A stretch of 32,275 nucleotides of DNA from a virus (lineage: Duplodnaviria; Caudoviricetes), in IMG/VR virus record IMGVR_UViG_3300044580_000035, positions 1 through 32,275 of that record. One strand, 5' to 3'. Below, piece after piece: positions 9,636 to 18,112 of this stretch (position 1 is its first letter; every line of letters begins with the position of its first letter). The position numbers were made by a program, and so were the translations under genes. The notes below the pieces were generated by a model that ran no database searches, was not told where the DNA came from, and saw nothing but the letters and a program-made list of their open reading frames with translations.

Positions 9636-9955
9636 CAGGTTGACTCCACAGTAGTCAGGACTCTTAATCTTGCGTCCTTGTCATCGACATTCTGAATTGA
9701 CCTGATATTGTATATCTTTCCATCATAAGATATTCTTGCCGAGGGATTTAAAGCCCTGTAGCGCATTTCAAATTGCACAGTTTCACCGGCGTATATCTGA
9801 CCCGATTGTAACTGCTCTGAGCCTGATACGGTTCTTACGCTTGCCCACACGGTTGCGCTATTGTTCCAAGATGACACTTTAGCCCCGTAAGAATCACGGG
9901 TAAAAGTAGTTGCATCCTGTATAATAATGCGTCTGTTTATACGTCCTGGATTCAT
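9635..9955 (-). CDS. Head closure/head-tail adaptor (SPP1 gp16-like)
   Basis: 'MNPGRINRRIIIQ..RDSYG..ATVWASV..YDGKIYNIRSI'. Confidence 0.88.
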   Translation of the reverse strand: MNPGRINRRIIIQDATTFTRDSYGAKVSSWNNSATVWASVRTVSGSEQLQSGQIYAGETVQFEMRYRALNPSARISYDGKIYNIRSIQNVDDKDARLRVLTTVEST

Positions 9956-10557
9956 TACTCCACCACATGGATTACATAAGGCTCAAGTAAGCCATCAAGG
10001 AACTGATAGCCTAATGCCTGTACCGAGTTTGCATCATTAAGTGATGTACGATTCTCGTACATTCCGGTTGCCGTTAATTTAATCCATTGCTTAATTGGTT
10101 CAGGTACAGGGTTATTCGATGAAGAAACAGTCGAAGTCAGATACCCTGCGGAATATGTTACTGTTACAGCACCCTTGACATTCTGAGTTGTAGGCCAAGT
10201 CTGACCATATGCAGTTGTTAAGATCGCCGGTCTGGTATCACTATCGTCATGTATCTCATAGACAGATGATCCCAACAGGGAAACACCGCCGGTGCTATCA
10301 ACGTACTGAATTGTTATTGACGATGATTCCCTCAATGGTGAAGGTCTTAATTCAACAGGCTTAAAAGCGTCCATTGTCAAAGTAACTGTACCGGGTCTTA
10401 AAAGTCTATGAGTCTTATTTTCAGCATTGGTTCGAGCAATAGTTATGAGCGTATTGATATAAGTGTCTTCAGTCGTAGAATCTATACGTGCATGGGTCTT
10501 TATTTCATCTACTGAAACCGGCTCTGTAACTGTTGCGCCAACGCTAATTTTTATCAT
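9955..10557 (-). CDS. Head-tail connector (HK97 gp6-like)
   Basis: 'EPVSVDEIKTHARID..EDTYINTLITIA..VTVTYSAGY..VPEPIKQWIKL..YENR'. Confidence 0.88.
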   Translation of the reverse strand: MIKISVGATVTEPVSVDEIKTHARIDSTTEDTYINTLITIARTNAENKTHRLLRPGTVTLTMDAFKPVELRPSPLRESSSITIQYVDSTGGVSLLGSSVYEIHDDSDTRPAILTTAYGQTWPTTQNVKGAVTVTYSAGYLTSTVSSSNNPVPEPIKQWIKLTATGMYENRTSLNDANSVQALGYQFLDGLLEPYVIHVVE

Positions 10558-10763
10558 CGGGGTCTTGCCCTCCCACGTATGGGGTTCTGTCTTGCGGCTA
10601 TTTCTTGCGGTGCGGTTGTACTGGTTTCAGGCAATGGCTCTTTGATACATCCTGCAAGGTACAGCCGCTTGTATTCATCATAAGATATATCAACTTTGTC
10701 ACCGGTATAGAGACGCTTCATATCAGGTCTGAGTACGCACTCGCTGATAATAGTTGCCATCAT
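10554..10763 (-). CDS. Small head-region hypothetical protein
   Basis: ATGA-coupled at both ends if it starts at MMATII (10763); usual slot before the head-tail connector. Confidence 0.6.
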   Translation of the reverse strand: MMATIISECVLRPDMKRLYTGDKVDISYDEYKRLYLAGCIKEPLPETSTTAPQEIAARQNPIRGRARPR

Positions 10764-12508
10764 CTTATCGTACCCCATATTTTAATAATCTCTTTGGATG
10801 CCTGACGCGCGCCTATATACTGCTGCTGTGCTGAATAACCCTTGTCAAACTCAGCCTTCGCCTGTGATGTCTGTATCTTTACGTCATTCTCTGCGTTATT
10901 AAGCGCGGTTGTTATATCCTCAATGGTAGGGGTCTTGCTAATGGTATCGCGTATGAAGGCTATTATCCTATGAGCGCCATCAGAACGGTCAATAATAGAC
11001 CTTGCTGTTTCCATTTCGCCTGACGCTTTATTCTGCCTGTTTGCCATTGACTCATCCATCTTCTTCAACTTCTCATGCCATTCATCATTAAGGCGCTCTT
11101 CAAAACCATACAGATGGACAGTCTTTAAGAGGTCAGCCTGTGGAGGGATATATATTTTTATGCCCAATCCAAACGCTATTCCGAGTGCAAACTCACAGGA
11201 CGGGCGCTGATAATGATATTCGGTATTGTGAGATGCAAGACCTTCGGCAATTATTGTTTTTGTAGTTGTTTCAATTCCGATTGTTTCTCGTATGCCTAAG
11301 TCCTCAATTCCAACTACTGCTAAATCCTTGATGCTCTGTAATTCTCCAAGCTTTTCTGCACAGAATTTATCTAGTAATCGTTGAGGTCTTACAATTCCCA
11401 AGAAACGCATATTTTCAGCCTTTCCGCCTCTTATCTCAACTGTTTTGCATCCCTTAGCCTCTTGAATGGAATAAGCAAATCCATAAGCATCAAGAAGCTC
11501 AATAACTTTGGAATACATGACGTTTTCTTTCTGAGAAAAGGCAACATGGAAACCGTGACTCCCTGTAAATTTACCCTTTCGCTCACTCTGGCCTATAAAC
11601 CCTTCACATTCAAATGCCGCCGAAAGATAGCCTATATTCCATGATTTTTCTTCTTCCCACGGTTGAACAACTTTCAATATCCTCGTCGGTTTTCCTTCTC
11701 TGTGATGATTCGTGAAAAGTTCTTTAGTAGTTTTCCAGCGATTGATATTTTCACCATGAGTCAGCCAACCATGATTCTCAGATGCTATAATACTTGTTCC
11801 ATCCTCAAATAGGATTCGATAACAATGATTCATAACCGTTGCAGCCTGCTTGACTGTCGTTTTTCTCCATCGTCTTGTTGAACCATCGCCATCAGTAGAG
11901 TTCTCATCAAACCCAATTATCTCATCACCAACTTTTACATCAGCACAAGGTATCCATCTTAAATCGGCTGTTAATATCCTAGTTTCAGGCGCTAGACAAT
12001 CGACAGCCATATCGACACCATAAACGCCGATATGTGTAGCACCCTCCATAATGGCTAGGAGTATCATGTATGTTACCGTGTTAGTGCCGTACAGTTGCCT
12101 GTTCAGTTTTGCCTCGTCCAAGCCTTCTGGCGTTCCGTTGTTATACCATCCCATGATTGAGCCGAATCTGTTTTTGGCCTCTTCAAGTGGATATGGTGTA
12201 CTTGTCGGTATATCGTCCCAATGCTGCTGCATGTAGATAGGACACTTCATCTTTGCCAGATCTGCTACATACGCATTGATGTCTTGCCCTCTAAAATTAG
12301 ATGAACCCCTGCGTTTCCAAGCCCCATCTGAATCTTTAGTTAAGTTGTGTATCTCAAACCATCTGTCATAACGCGGTATGTGATGAAACAGATTATTGAC
12401 GCCCCATATCTCCCACGAAGCATCATTGAATGGTGCCTGGTCTTTGGTATCTGAGCATCCTACTATCGCAATCTTTTTCACCCTTGTCTTTTCCTCTTCT
12501 CCACTCAT
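10760..12508 (-). CDS. Intein-containing sialyltransferase-fold glycosyltransferase (CstII/GT42-, GT29- or Maf-like) with C-terminal coiled coil
   Basis: Extein motifs KKIAIVG..., EIWGVN, TNTVTYMILLAIMEGATHIGVYGVDM parallel the CstII/Maf pattern (IIAGNG..FRCN..TSGVYMCAVAIALGYKEIYLSGIDF, recalled). Confidence 0.68.
   Translation of the reverse strand: MSGEEEKTRVKKIAIVGCSDTKDQAPFNDASWEIWGVNNLFHHIPRYDRWFEIHNLTKDSDGAWKRRGSSNFRGQDINAYVADLAKMKCPIYMQQHWDDIPTSTPYPLEEAKNRFGSIMGWYNNGTPEGLDEAKLNRQLYGTNTVTYMILLAIMEGATHIGVYGVDMAVDCLAPETRILTADLRWIPCADVKVGDEIIGFDENSTDGDGSTRRWRKTTVKQAATVMNHCYRILFEDGTSIIASENHGWLTHGENINRWKTTKELFTNHHREGKPTRILKVVQPWEEEKSWNIGYLSAAFECEGFIGQSERKGKFTGSHGFHVAFSQKENVMYSKVIELLDAYGFAYSIQEAKGCKTVEIRGGKAENMRFLGIVRPQRLLDKFCAEKLGELQSIKDLAVVGIEDLGIRETIGIETTTKTIIAEGLASHNTEYHYQRPSCEFALGIAFGLGIKIYIPPQADLLKTVHLYGFEERLNDEWHEKLKKMDESMANRQNKASGEMETARSIIDRSDGAHRIIAFIRDTISKTPTIEDITTALNNAENDVKIQTSQAKAEFDKGYSAQQQYIGARQASKEIIKIWGTIR
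11225..11998 (-). mobile_element. Intein (258 aa) with a LAGLIDADG-like segment
   Basis: Block A CLAPETRILTAD, block B ASENHGWLT, GYLSAAFECEGFI, C-terminal IIAEGLASHN followed by Thr. Confidence 0.93.
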
Positions 12509-12552
12509 CCCATTCTCCCTATTTTATTTATTCCCTTGTCCTCACCCCTCAT

Positions 12553-12582
12553 AAAAGGGGGAGGGGAAGCTAGTCCCCTCCC
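12553..12582 (-). terminator. Intrinsic terminator-like hairpin after the capsid/decoration genes
   Basis: Minus strand GGGAGGGGA-CTAGCT-TCCCCTCCC then CCTTTT. Confidence 0.6.
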
Positions 12583-12610
12583 AATGGGGGGAAGTGAGGA
12601 GTTGGGGGTC

Positions 12611-13372
12611 TTATGTATTTGTATCGTTAACTATCTGGCCATGCGCTCTTGCCGGTTTCTGGTCTGCATCCTTTAAGGTAATAACTGCACCGGCTATTGC
12701 CGTTGATGCACTTGAGATAGAGCATGACACGAACTCGCTTGTGCTGTTGAGTCCAGCAGCCATAATTTCAACGATGGTCTGCGCTCTGAGATAAGACGGC
12801 ACAAGCATTGCGCCACCTGTTGACACAAGCGATATGCTGGTTGACTCTTCCGGTTTTACGGTAACATCAACATATGCCGCGCCTGTCGTTGCAGTCAGCT
12901 TCGGGAACAGGATATTTATACAGCTTGCAAGGTTATGCGCTGTAAGTGCAAGACCTGTTGCCGCTGTATTGGTAAGAGTTGAGTTACCGAAGGTATAAGC
13001 GGTTGCAGAAGGTGCGGTTGACAGCGTGCCGGTAAGAGTTGTACCGTTAATTACAAGCGTCTCGGTTGTAAGAGCAGTTGTAAGCGTAATCCTTACAGCG
13101 CTTGCCTTATATACCGTATTAGCAACCGTGCTTCCAAGTTTAGCAGTGGCGCCGGTAATTGCAGCGGCATCAGATGATTCAGCAACTGCAACAGATGCCC
13201 CCTGCTGTGCGGCTATCGTTACACCCTGACCGGCTACGGCTGGCCCCATGCTTACCACGAATGCAACAGACTGAGCGCCCTTGAGTGATACAGCGGGCGC
13301 AAATGATGTCGTGGCGCTTGTAATGTCGAGCGGTAGGGACTCTATCGCTAATTTTTCAGATATTCTTTCCAT
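12611..13372 (-). CDS. Putative capsid decoration/minor head protein, Thr/Ser/Ala-rich
   Basis: Directly after the capsid gene, AAGGAG SD, upstream of the terminator; about a quarter Ser+Thr by hand count. Confidence 0.65.
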   Translation of the reverse strand: MERISEKLAIESLPLDITSATTSFAPAVSLKGAQSVAFVVSMGPAVAGQGVTIAAQQGASVAVAESSDAAAITGATAKLGSTVANTVYKASAVRITLTTALTTETLVINGTTLTGTLSTAPSATAYTFGNSTLTNTAATGLALTAHNLASCINILFPKLTATTGAAYVDVTVKPEESTSISLVSTGGAMLVPSYLRAQTIVEIMAAGLNSTSEFVSCSISSASTAIAGAVITLKDADQKPARAHGQIVNDTNT

Positions 13373-13402
13373 GTTCTTTTTCTCCTTTGTCCTTATTTAC
13401 GA

Positions 13403-14650
13403 TCACGGAACATCAAGCGTTATCACCGGGGATACGGTGTTTGATGTTGCCCCTTCAAGCGGTATCGGATTCAAGAGCCAAGGTTTACCGTCAACGTTCC
13501 AGAAGGCTTTAATAACTGTTTTGTTGTTTCTGAAGAACACATGCTCAGAAGCAGCAACAAACGGACCCGAACCGTCCTTAATGAGATAATAGGACAGGTC
13601 TGCAAGTATGAGGTCGCCCTTGGTTCCAAGTGCCGGGCTTCTCTCGTTGAATATAAGAGGAATGCCCATCAATGAAGCAGGAACTCCGGCTGTTGCATTC
13701 ATGATGAACAGGTTATTGTTGCCCGTGTCTCTGATATTGGCAAGCTGAGGAATCGTTGTGCGTGAAGCTATCCAAACAAGACCGGCCTCACCCCTTGCCC
13801 GTGCAAGCATACCCACAACATCAGCAAAAGCAATCTGAGAAGCGGTAGCCCTGTTGTACGCAATTTCGCAAGCCGAACCGATTATGCCCTGTGGTTTGCT
13901 AACACCGTTACCCCTAAGGAACTGATAATCCTCTGCCGCTATCATAGCATTACGTAGAAGATTGGTAAGAACGGAACCTGCCGCCTGCCAGTTACGAAGA
14001 AGTTTGTCGGTTACAGTGATATAGGCCGCAACCTCATTCGGTGTGAGCTTAATCTCTTTGAATCTTGCATCGGTTTCAGCCTTTGTCTGACCTTCACCAA
14101 TCCATGATACTTCTACACCACCGAACATATTTTCGGCAGCGCTCTGGTCAAGTGCTGGCATTGAAATTTCTGCGTCAGGCGGTGAACCTGCAGGGATAAC
14201 TGTTGCCCTCGGTCTGATAAGCGGAGCCTGTACATCAACAGACATAAGGGTTTCCCTGAACTGTTTGGGAACCATAAATCCACCTTCTGCACCAACACCC
14301 ATTGACTGCTCACGATATTCAAGCCTTCTGTCTCCTGGGTTATAACGAACAGAATAAATAAACTCTCCAAAATCTTTGAACTCGTCAGGATTATCGGCCT
14401 GATTGAAGTTTACGTTACTTCCCTGAAACGGCATTGAGCGGACAGCCCTGCGGCTCTCTGCCTTTACGTTTTCTAGCTTTGCAAGCCTTTCGATGGATAC
14501 ATTGGTTTCGTCAACGCTTCTTTCAAGGCGTGTATACTCAGCCGTTTCCTCATCGTTCAAGGTGCGTGATTCTGAATCCGCAACATTGAGGATGGCTTCC
14601 ATGCGAGATATGCACGCATCACGCCAGCCGTATGCTTCATTTAGTTTCAT
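13403..14650 (-). CDS. Major capsid protein, HK97 family
   Basis: Coiled-coil delta domain; 'EGGFMVPKQF', 'WIGEGQTK', 'FLRGNGVSKPQGI', 'LILADLSYY'. Confidence 0.95.
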   Translation of the reverse strand: MKLNEAYGWRDACISRMEAILNVADSESRTLNDEETAEYTRLERSVDETNVSIERLAKLENVKAESRRAVRSMPFQGSNVNFNQADNPDEFKDFGEFIYSVRYNPGDRRLEYREQSMGVGAEGGFMVPKQFRETLMSVDVQAPLIRPRATVIPAGSPPDAEISMPALDQSAAENMFGGVEVSWIGEGQTKAETDARFKEIKLTPNEVAAYITVTDKLLRNWQAAGSVLTNLLRNAMIAAEDYQFLRGNGVSKPQGIIGSACEIAYNRATASQIAFADVVGMLARARGEAGLVWIASRTTIPQLANIRDTGNNNLFIMNATAGVPASLMGIPLIFNERSPALGTKGDLILADLSYYLIKDGSGPFVAASEHVFFRNNKTVIKAFWNVDGKPWLLNPIPLEGATSNTVSPVITLDVP

Positions 14651-15237
14651 TTGAATCCTCCTATCTTTTTTATGTTGAGTCTGAGCTTTTCCGCTTGGAG
14701 CGGTCGAGCCGGTTTGATTTCTGGTTTGGTCGGTCTGCTTCTGAGCGCAACATCAGTGCCTTCGTAGAACGGGAAGGTAACGGGGGAAACGTCCCACAAT
14801 TCGACTTTTTTGAGTGTCCTAATATCTACACCGTCTTTGATTTCCCATGATTGATCGAGAACCCTGAACCCGAAAGACATCTGTGATATGTCGCCCCTGT
14901 CTATGCTGTGCATGAGATCACGCGCCCATTGTGTGTCAGGCGGGTCAATGTCGATGGCAAGACCTCTATCGTCTTCGGTAAGCGTCAGAGTTCCGGCAAT
15001 ATTCCTTCCAAGCACATAATCGGGGTTATGATTCCATAATGCCCTTACGTCATCTTTGCCGATTGACTCAGAGAATGCCCCCGGTGCTATCTGCTCAAGA
15101 AATATATTGGGGTCACCTGCAATTTCATTAAACACAGCGGCATGACCTTTGATTCTGCGCTTTTCCTGTCCGTCATCCGCTCTAACTTCTATATTTGCGG
15201 CGTATGTCCGCGTTTCTCTATCTTTATTGATTGACAT
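14647..15237 (-). CDS. Prohead protease, HK97 family
   Basis: 'IKGHAAVFN..EQIAPGAF..LWNHN..EDDRGL..SQMSFGF..LWDVSPVTFPFY'. Confidence 0.95.
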   Translation of the reverse strand: MSINKDRETRTYAANIEVRADDGQEKRRIKGHAAVFNEIAGDPNIFLEQIAPGAFSESIGKDDVRALWNHNPDYVLGRNIAGTLTLTEDDRGLAIDIDPPDTQWARDLMHSIDRGDISQMSFGFRVLDQSWEIKDGVDIRTLKKVELWDVSPVTFPFYEGTDVALRSRPTKPEIKPARPLQAEKLRLNIKKIGGFK

Positions 15238-16474
15238 CGGGTTCCCCCTGTGTGGGTGTCGTATCTATGGCGGGATTCAAATACTCTTCACCGCCGTCAT
15301 ATGGATTGAGGTTCTCAAGTGACCTGACCTCGTTAGGATTCATAATTCTGCTTGCTATTGCCTGTGAATAAGCGCTAAACCGGCTTGCTGTATCGCCCCG
15401 CATGAGGGCATCAAGCTTGAACTCAGCAAAATAACCGGCCTTTCTGTCTGATTCCTTGATTAGGTTCATATTGATAGACTGTTCCCAACGAACCACCCAC
15501 GGGCGCATGGTGTGTATGACAAATGAAAGCATAAACTGTTCAGCGCTTGCAAATGTGCTTGTTGCATTTGCATGTCCTATAAGAATACAAGGGACTCTAA
15601 ATATTCTTGCTATCTCTTCAATCTGTAACTTGCGAGTTTCAAGGAACTGACTATCAGCCTGAGATAGCCCAACCTGCTTCCAATCTAAGCCCTGCTCCAA
15701 AACCATAAGCCTATGACGATTAGCGCCTGTTGTAGCCTCTTCAACCGATTCTTTAAGCCTCTTTGCTGCGTCAGGTGCTATTTTGCCGGGGCTTGTGAGT
15801 ATGCCGCCGGGTCTGGCATCGTTCGAGAAAAATCGAGCGCCATAATCTTCGGCGGCAAGGGCCAGTCCTATTGCTTCCCGTGCAAGAGATATAGGAGATA
15901 AGCCAATAACTCCGTCTGTCGATAATCCTTTAAGATGCCATATTTCATCATCTCTAAAGGTATGTTGCATTCCCTTGGCATCTATATATTTATATATTTT
16001 AGACTTGCCATCGGGCGCTACTTCGGGAGTCATATTCTGAGGCAGTAGAGGCGTAAGGCTTAATAGTTCGCCGCCTGAAGTACGCTCTTTAAAAGCATAG
16101 CTGTTGCCCCTTAAACACAGATGCCCCATAAGTAGCTCACGAAATTCAAATGAAGAAAGCATGGGATGGGGTGAATCATGTAAAAGAGGGTATAGGTAAT
16201 GACTGTCAGCAACGTCTTTGCCTTTATCTGCTCTTTTACGATACAGAATGAGGGGTAAAGATGCCAATGTCTCAGCAAGCACACGGACGCAACCGACAAC
16301 AGCCGAAGAATATAATGCCGAATCTGCGTTGACTGTTTTGCCCGAATGAGTTTTAAGCTGAGAAAGTATTGATTCAAGTGCCGCTTCCCAATCACCCTTT
16401 ACATCACGGTTTTCGGGCGGTACTCCATCCCTTGTAATTGATTCTTCACGTTTAGAACGAAAGAATTGCAACAT
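15224..16474 (-). CDS. Portal protein, HK97 family
   Basis: 'SAVVGCVRVLAETLASLP..IWHLK..GLSPI..QFLETRKLQIEEIARIFRVP..NPNEVRSLENL'. Confidence 0.96.
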   Translation of the reverse strand: MLQFFRSKREESITRDGVPPENRDVKGDWEAALESILSQLKTHSGKTVNADSALYSSAVVGCVRVLAETLASLPLILYRKRADKGKDVADSHYLYPLLHDSPHPMLSSFEFRELLMGHLCLRGNSYAFKERTSGGELLSLTPLLPQNMTPEVAPDGKSKIYKYIDAKGMQHTFRDDEIWHLKGLSTDGVIGLSPISLAREAIGLALAAEDYGARFFSNDARPGGILTSPGKIAPDAAKRLKESVEEATTGANRHRLMVLEQGLDWKQVGLSQADSQFLETRKLQIEEIARIFRVPCILIGHANATSTFASAEQFMLSFVIHTMRPWVVRWEQSINMNLIKESDRKAGYFAEFKLDALMRGDTASRFSAYSQAIASRIMNPNEVRSLENLNPYDGGEEYLNPAIDTTPTQGEPDVNQ

Positions 16475-16480
16475 GGCAAT

Positions 16481-16531
16481 AGAATGAATTTATATATAAA
16501 TTTGTCTAGCAACGTTCCGCACGGTTTCGCA
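16481..16531 (-). promoter_or_regulatory. Candidate portal-operon promoter with upstream 10-bp direct repeats
   Basis: TGCGAAACCG-TGCGGAACGT-TGC, then TAGACA-16 nt-CATTCT ending 6 nt before the ATG; the spacer is the perfect palindrome AATTTATATATAAATT. Confidence 0.5.
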
Positions 16532-16578
16532 TATTATTATTAAATTAGTTTCATTAGAAAATTATAATTATTATTAAG

Positions 16579-16606
16579 TTGATTTTGTTTTTACCGATAA
16601 TATCAT
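16579..16606 (+). promoter_or_regulatory. Candidate sigma70 promoter of the plus-strand moron
   Basis: TTGATT-16 nt-TATCAT in an AT-rich tract. Confidence 0.4.
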
Positions 16607-16634
16607 ATAGACATAACCAATAAGGAGGTTTCAA

Positions 16635-16736
16635 ATGATTAACACTTATAAGGAATCAAGCGGTGAGTTTTGGACGTGTATTATAATGCTTGCCATAGTG
16701 GCGGCATTAATCTTAGAGGCAATTATTTACTTTTAA
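16635..16736 (+). CDS. 33-aa single-TM peptide (MINTYKESSGEFWTCIIMLAIVAALILEAIIYF), not in the ORF track
   Basis: Perfect TAAGGAGGT SD; hydrophobic C-terminal half. Confidence 0.65.
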   Translation: MINTYKESSGEFWTCIIMLAIVAALILEAIIYF

Positions 16737-16757
16737 AACTAAAATTGAGAGGTAAGT

Positions 16758-17174
16758 ATGAGTAGTGGAAGATTAATAGATAAATACGATTATGATGCTA
16801 CTAACCTGTGTATTAGACTTGAACAAAATATAACAGGTTATAATTACCGAACTGGCAAAAGTACAATACCGGAAGCCAACTTATTTATTGCCATTATCAA
16901 GCAGGCTATTTTTGACACCACATTGATTTTTAAAAAGCATAAAAGAAATACTGAACTAATAAAAAATGTATTTTCAGCCTATAGTTTTTTGTTGCAAAAG
17001 CAAAGAATCCTACATTATCTTGATGCAATAGGCATTTCTTACGAATACTTTCACAAAGAGATAAATGCTTATATTAATAAGTTATTCGGTAAAGACATGT
17101 CTCTTCAGGAAATAAATAAATTAATTAGAACAAAGTATGATTTAAGCAACTATGATTATATTAAATTAAGGTAA
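16758..17174 (+). CDS. AT-rich hypothetical protein (moron)
   Basis: 138-aa ORF with GAGGT SD; opposite strand to the structural operon; low GC. Confidence 0.75.
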   Translation: MSSGRLIDKYDYDATNLCIRLEQNITGYNYRTGKSTIPEANLFIAIIKQAIFDTTLIFKKHKRNTELIKNVFSAYSFLLQKQRILHYLDAIGISYEYFHKEINAYINKLFGKDMSLQEINKLIRTKYDLSNYDYIKLR

Positions 17175-17390
17175 TTAATCATTAATAAAAATTAAGTCCG
17201 AATCACTAGAGCGGTTACTAAACCGCTCTATATCTTCTCTAAGTATTCGCTTATGTCCAGCAGGGTCTAACACAAAAGACAATTTTCCATCATGCATCCA
17301 ATCATATATGGTACGTTTGGACTTACCAAACCATTCACTAGCTTCATCCGGTCTTAATAGCGCCTTATTGGGCAGGGCTGTACTGCTCAT
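17175..17390 (-). CDS. Excisionase/BldC-like HTH DNA-binding protein
   Basis: 'LLRPDEASEWFGKSKRTIYDWMHDGKL...GHKRILREDIERF'. Confidence 0.85.
   Translation of the reverse strand: MSSTALPNKALLRPDEASEWFGKSKRTIYDWMHDGKLSFVLDPAGHKRILREDIERFSNRSSDSDLIFIND
17207..17240 (+). terminator. Hairpin terminator for the moron, embedded in the 3' end of the HTH gene
   Basis: Perfect 10-bp stem TAGAGCGGTT-ACTA-AACCGCTCTA followed by TATCTTCTCT. Confidence 0.55.
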
Positions 17391-18112
17391 GCAATCCTCG
17401 TAAATACTACGTTCTCCGCTGTAATACCTTCCCTCTGCCTCCGCTCGCGCGAGTGGGGTGTCATGGTGTTGTATTTGTTGTCGGTTGTGAATTTATCACC
17501 GAGCCATTTTTTAGCATCTTCTTTTAAATATGGCTGATTCACCTCAATTAGAACAGATTCGCATATATCTTCTGGGTCAATACTTTTTAATACCTCTTCC
17601 TCTTGTCCATCTACATCAATCTTAATGTGATGTGGATATAAACCGGTCAACCACCCTATCCTTGATAATGGCAATTTGAATATAAGTCGCTCTATAGTGT
17701 TTATATCATCCACACCTTTATAATACATCTGTGAACCGGAACTGCCCATTACATCAGATTTATTTATAATGATAGGTGTAATATCATAAGCATCATTAGA
17801 TGAATAACCACCAATAGCCGCATATATCGGAATTACAAGATTCTCATTAAATCCATTCAATTCAACATTCTGCACAAGTCGATGGAAGTTTTCTAGCACC
17901 GGCTCGATTGCCACTACATTTATACCTTTACTTGCCGCGTATAGCGTATATATTCCGATGTTAGCGCCTACATCATACAAGACTTCACCAGGTTGCATGT
18001 CTTTAATCCATGCGAGCGTTTCCGGTTCTTTGCTCCAAAAGGTATCATACCTGTATTTTTCCATTTCGGTTTCAACAATCATCTTGAATCCGGCTACTTC
18101 TTTAATATCCAT
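17387..18112 (-). CDS. FkbM-family SAM-dependent methyltransferase
   Basis: 'KEPETLAWI..LYDVGANIGIYT..VAIEP..HIKIDVDGQE..VLIEV'. Confidence 0.9.
   Translation of the reverse strand: MDIKEVAGFKMIVETEMEKYRYDTFWSKEPETLAWIKDMQPGEVLYDVGANIGIYTLYAASKGINVVAIEPVLENFHRLVQNVELNGFNENLVIPIYAAIGGYSSNDAYDITPIIINKSDVMGSSGSQMYYKGVDDINTIERLIFKLPLSRIGWLTGLYPHHIKIDVDGQEEEVLKSIDPEDICESVLIEVNQPYLKEDAKKWLGDKFTTDNKYNTMTPHSRERRQREGITAENVVFTRIA

Noticed and set aside
85-15901. Numerous plus-strand ORFs antisense to structural genes
   Set aside because: Shadow frames of well-supported minus-strand genes, with no motifs or SDs
17175-17390. True excisionase marking an integration module
   Set aside because: No integrase or att site nearby; its position before the portal fits a regulator
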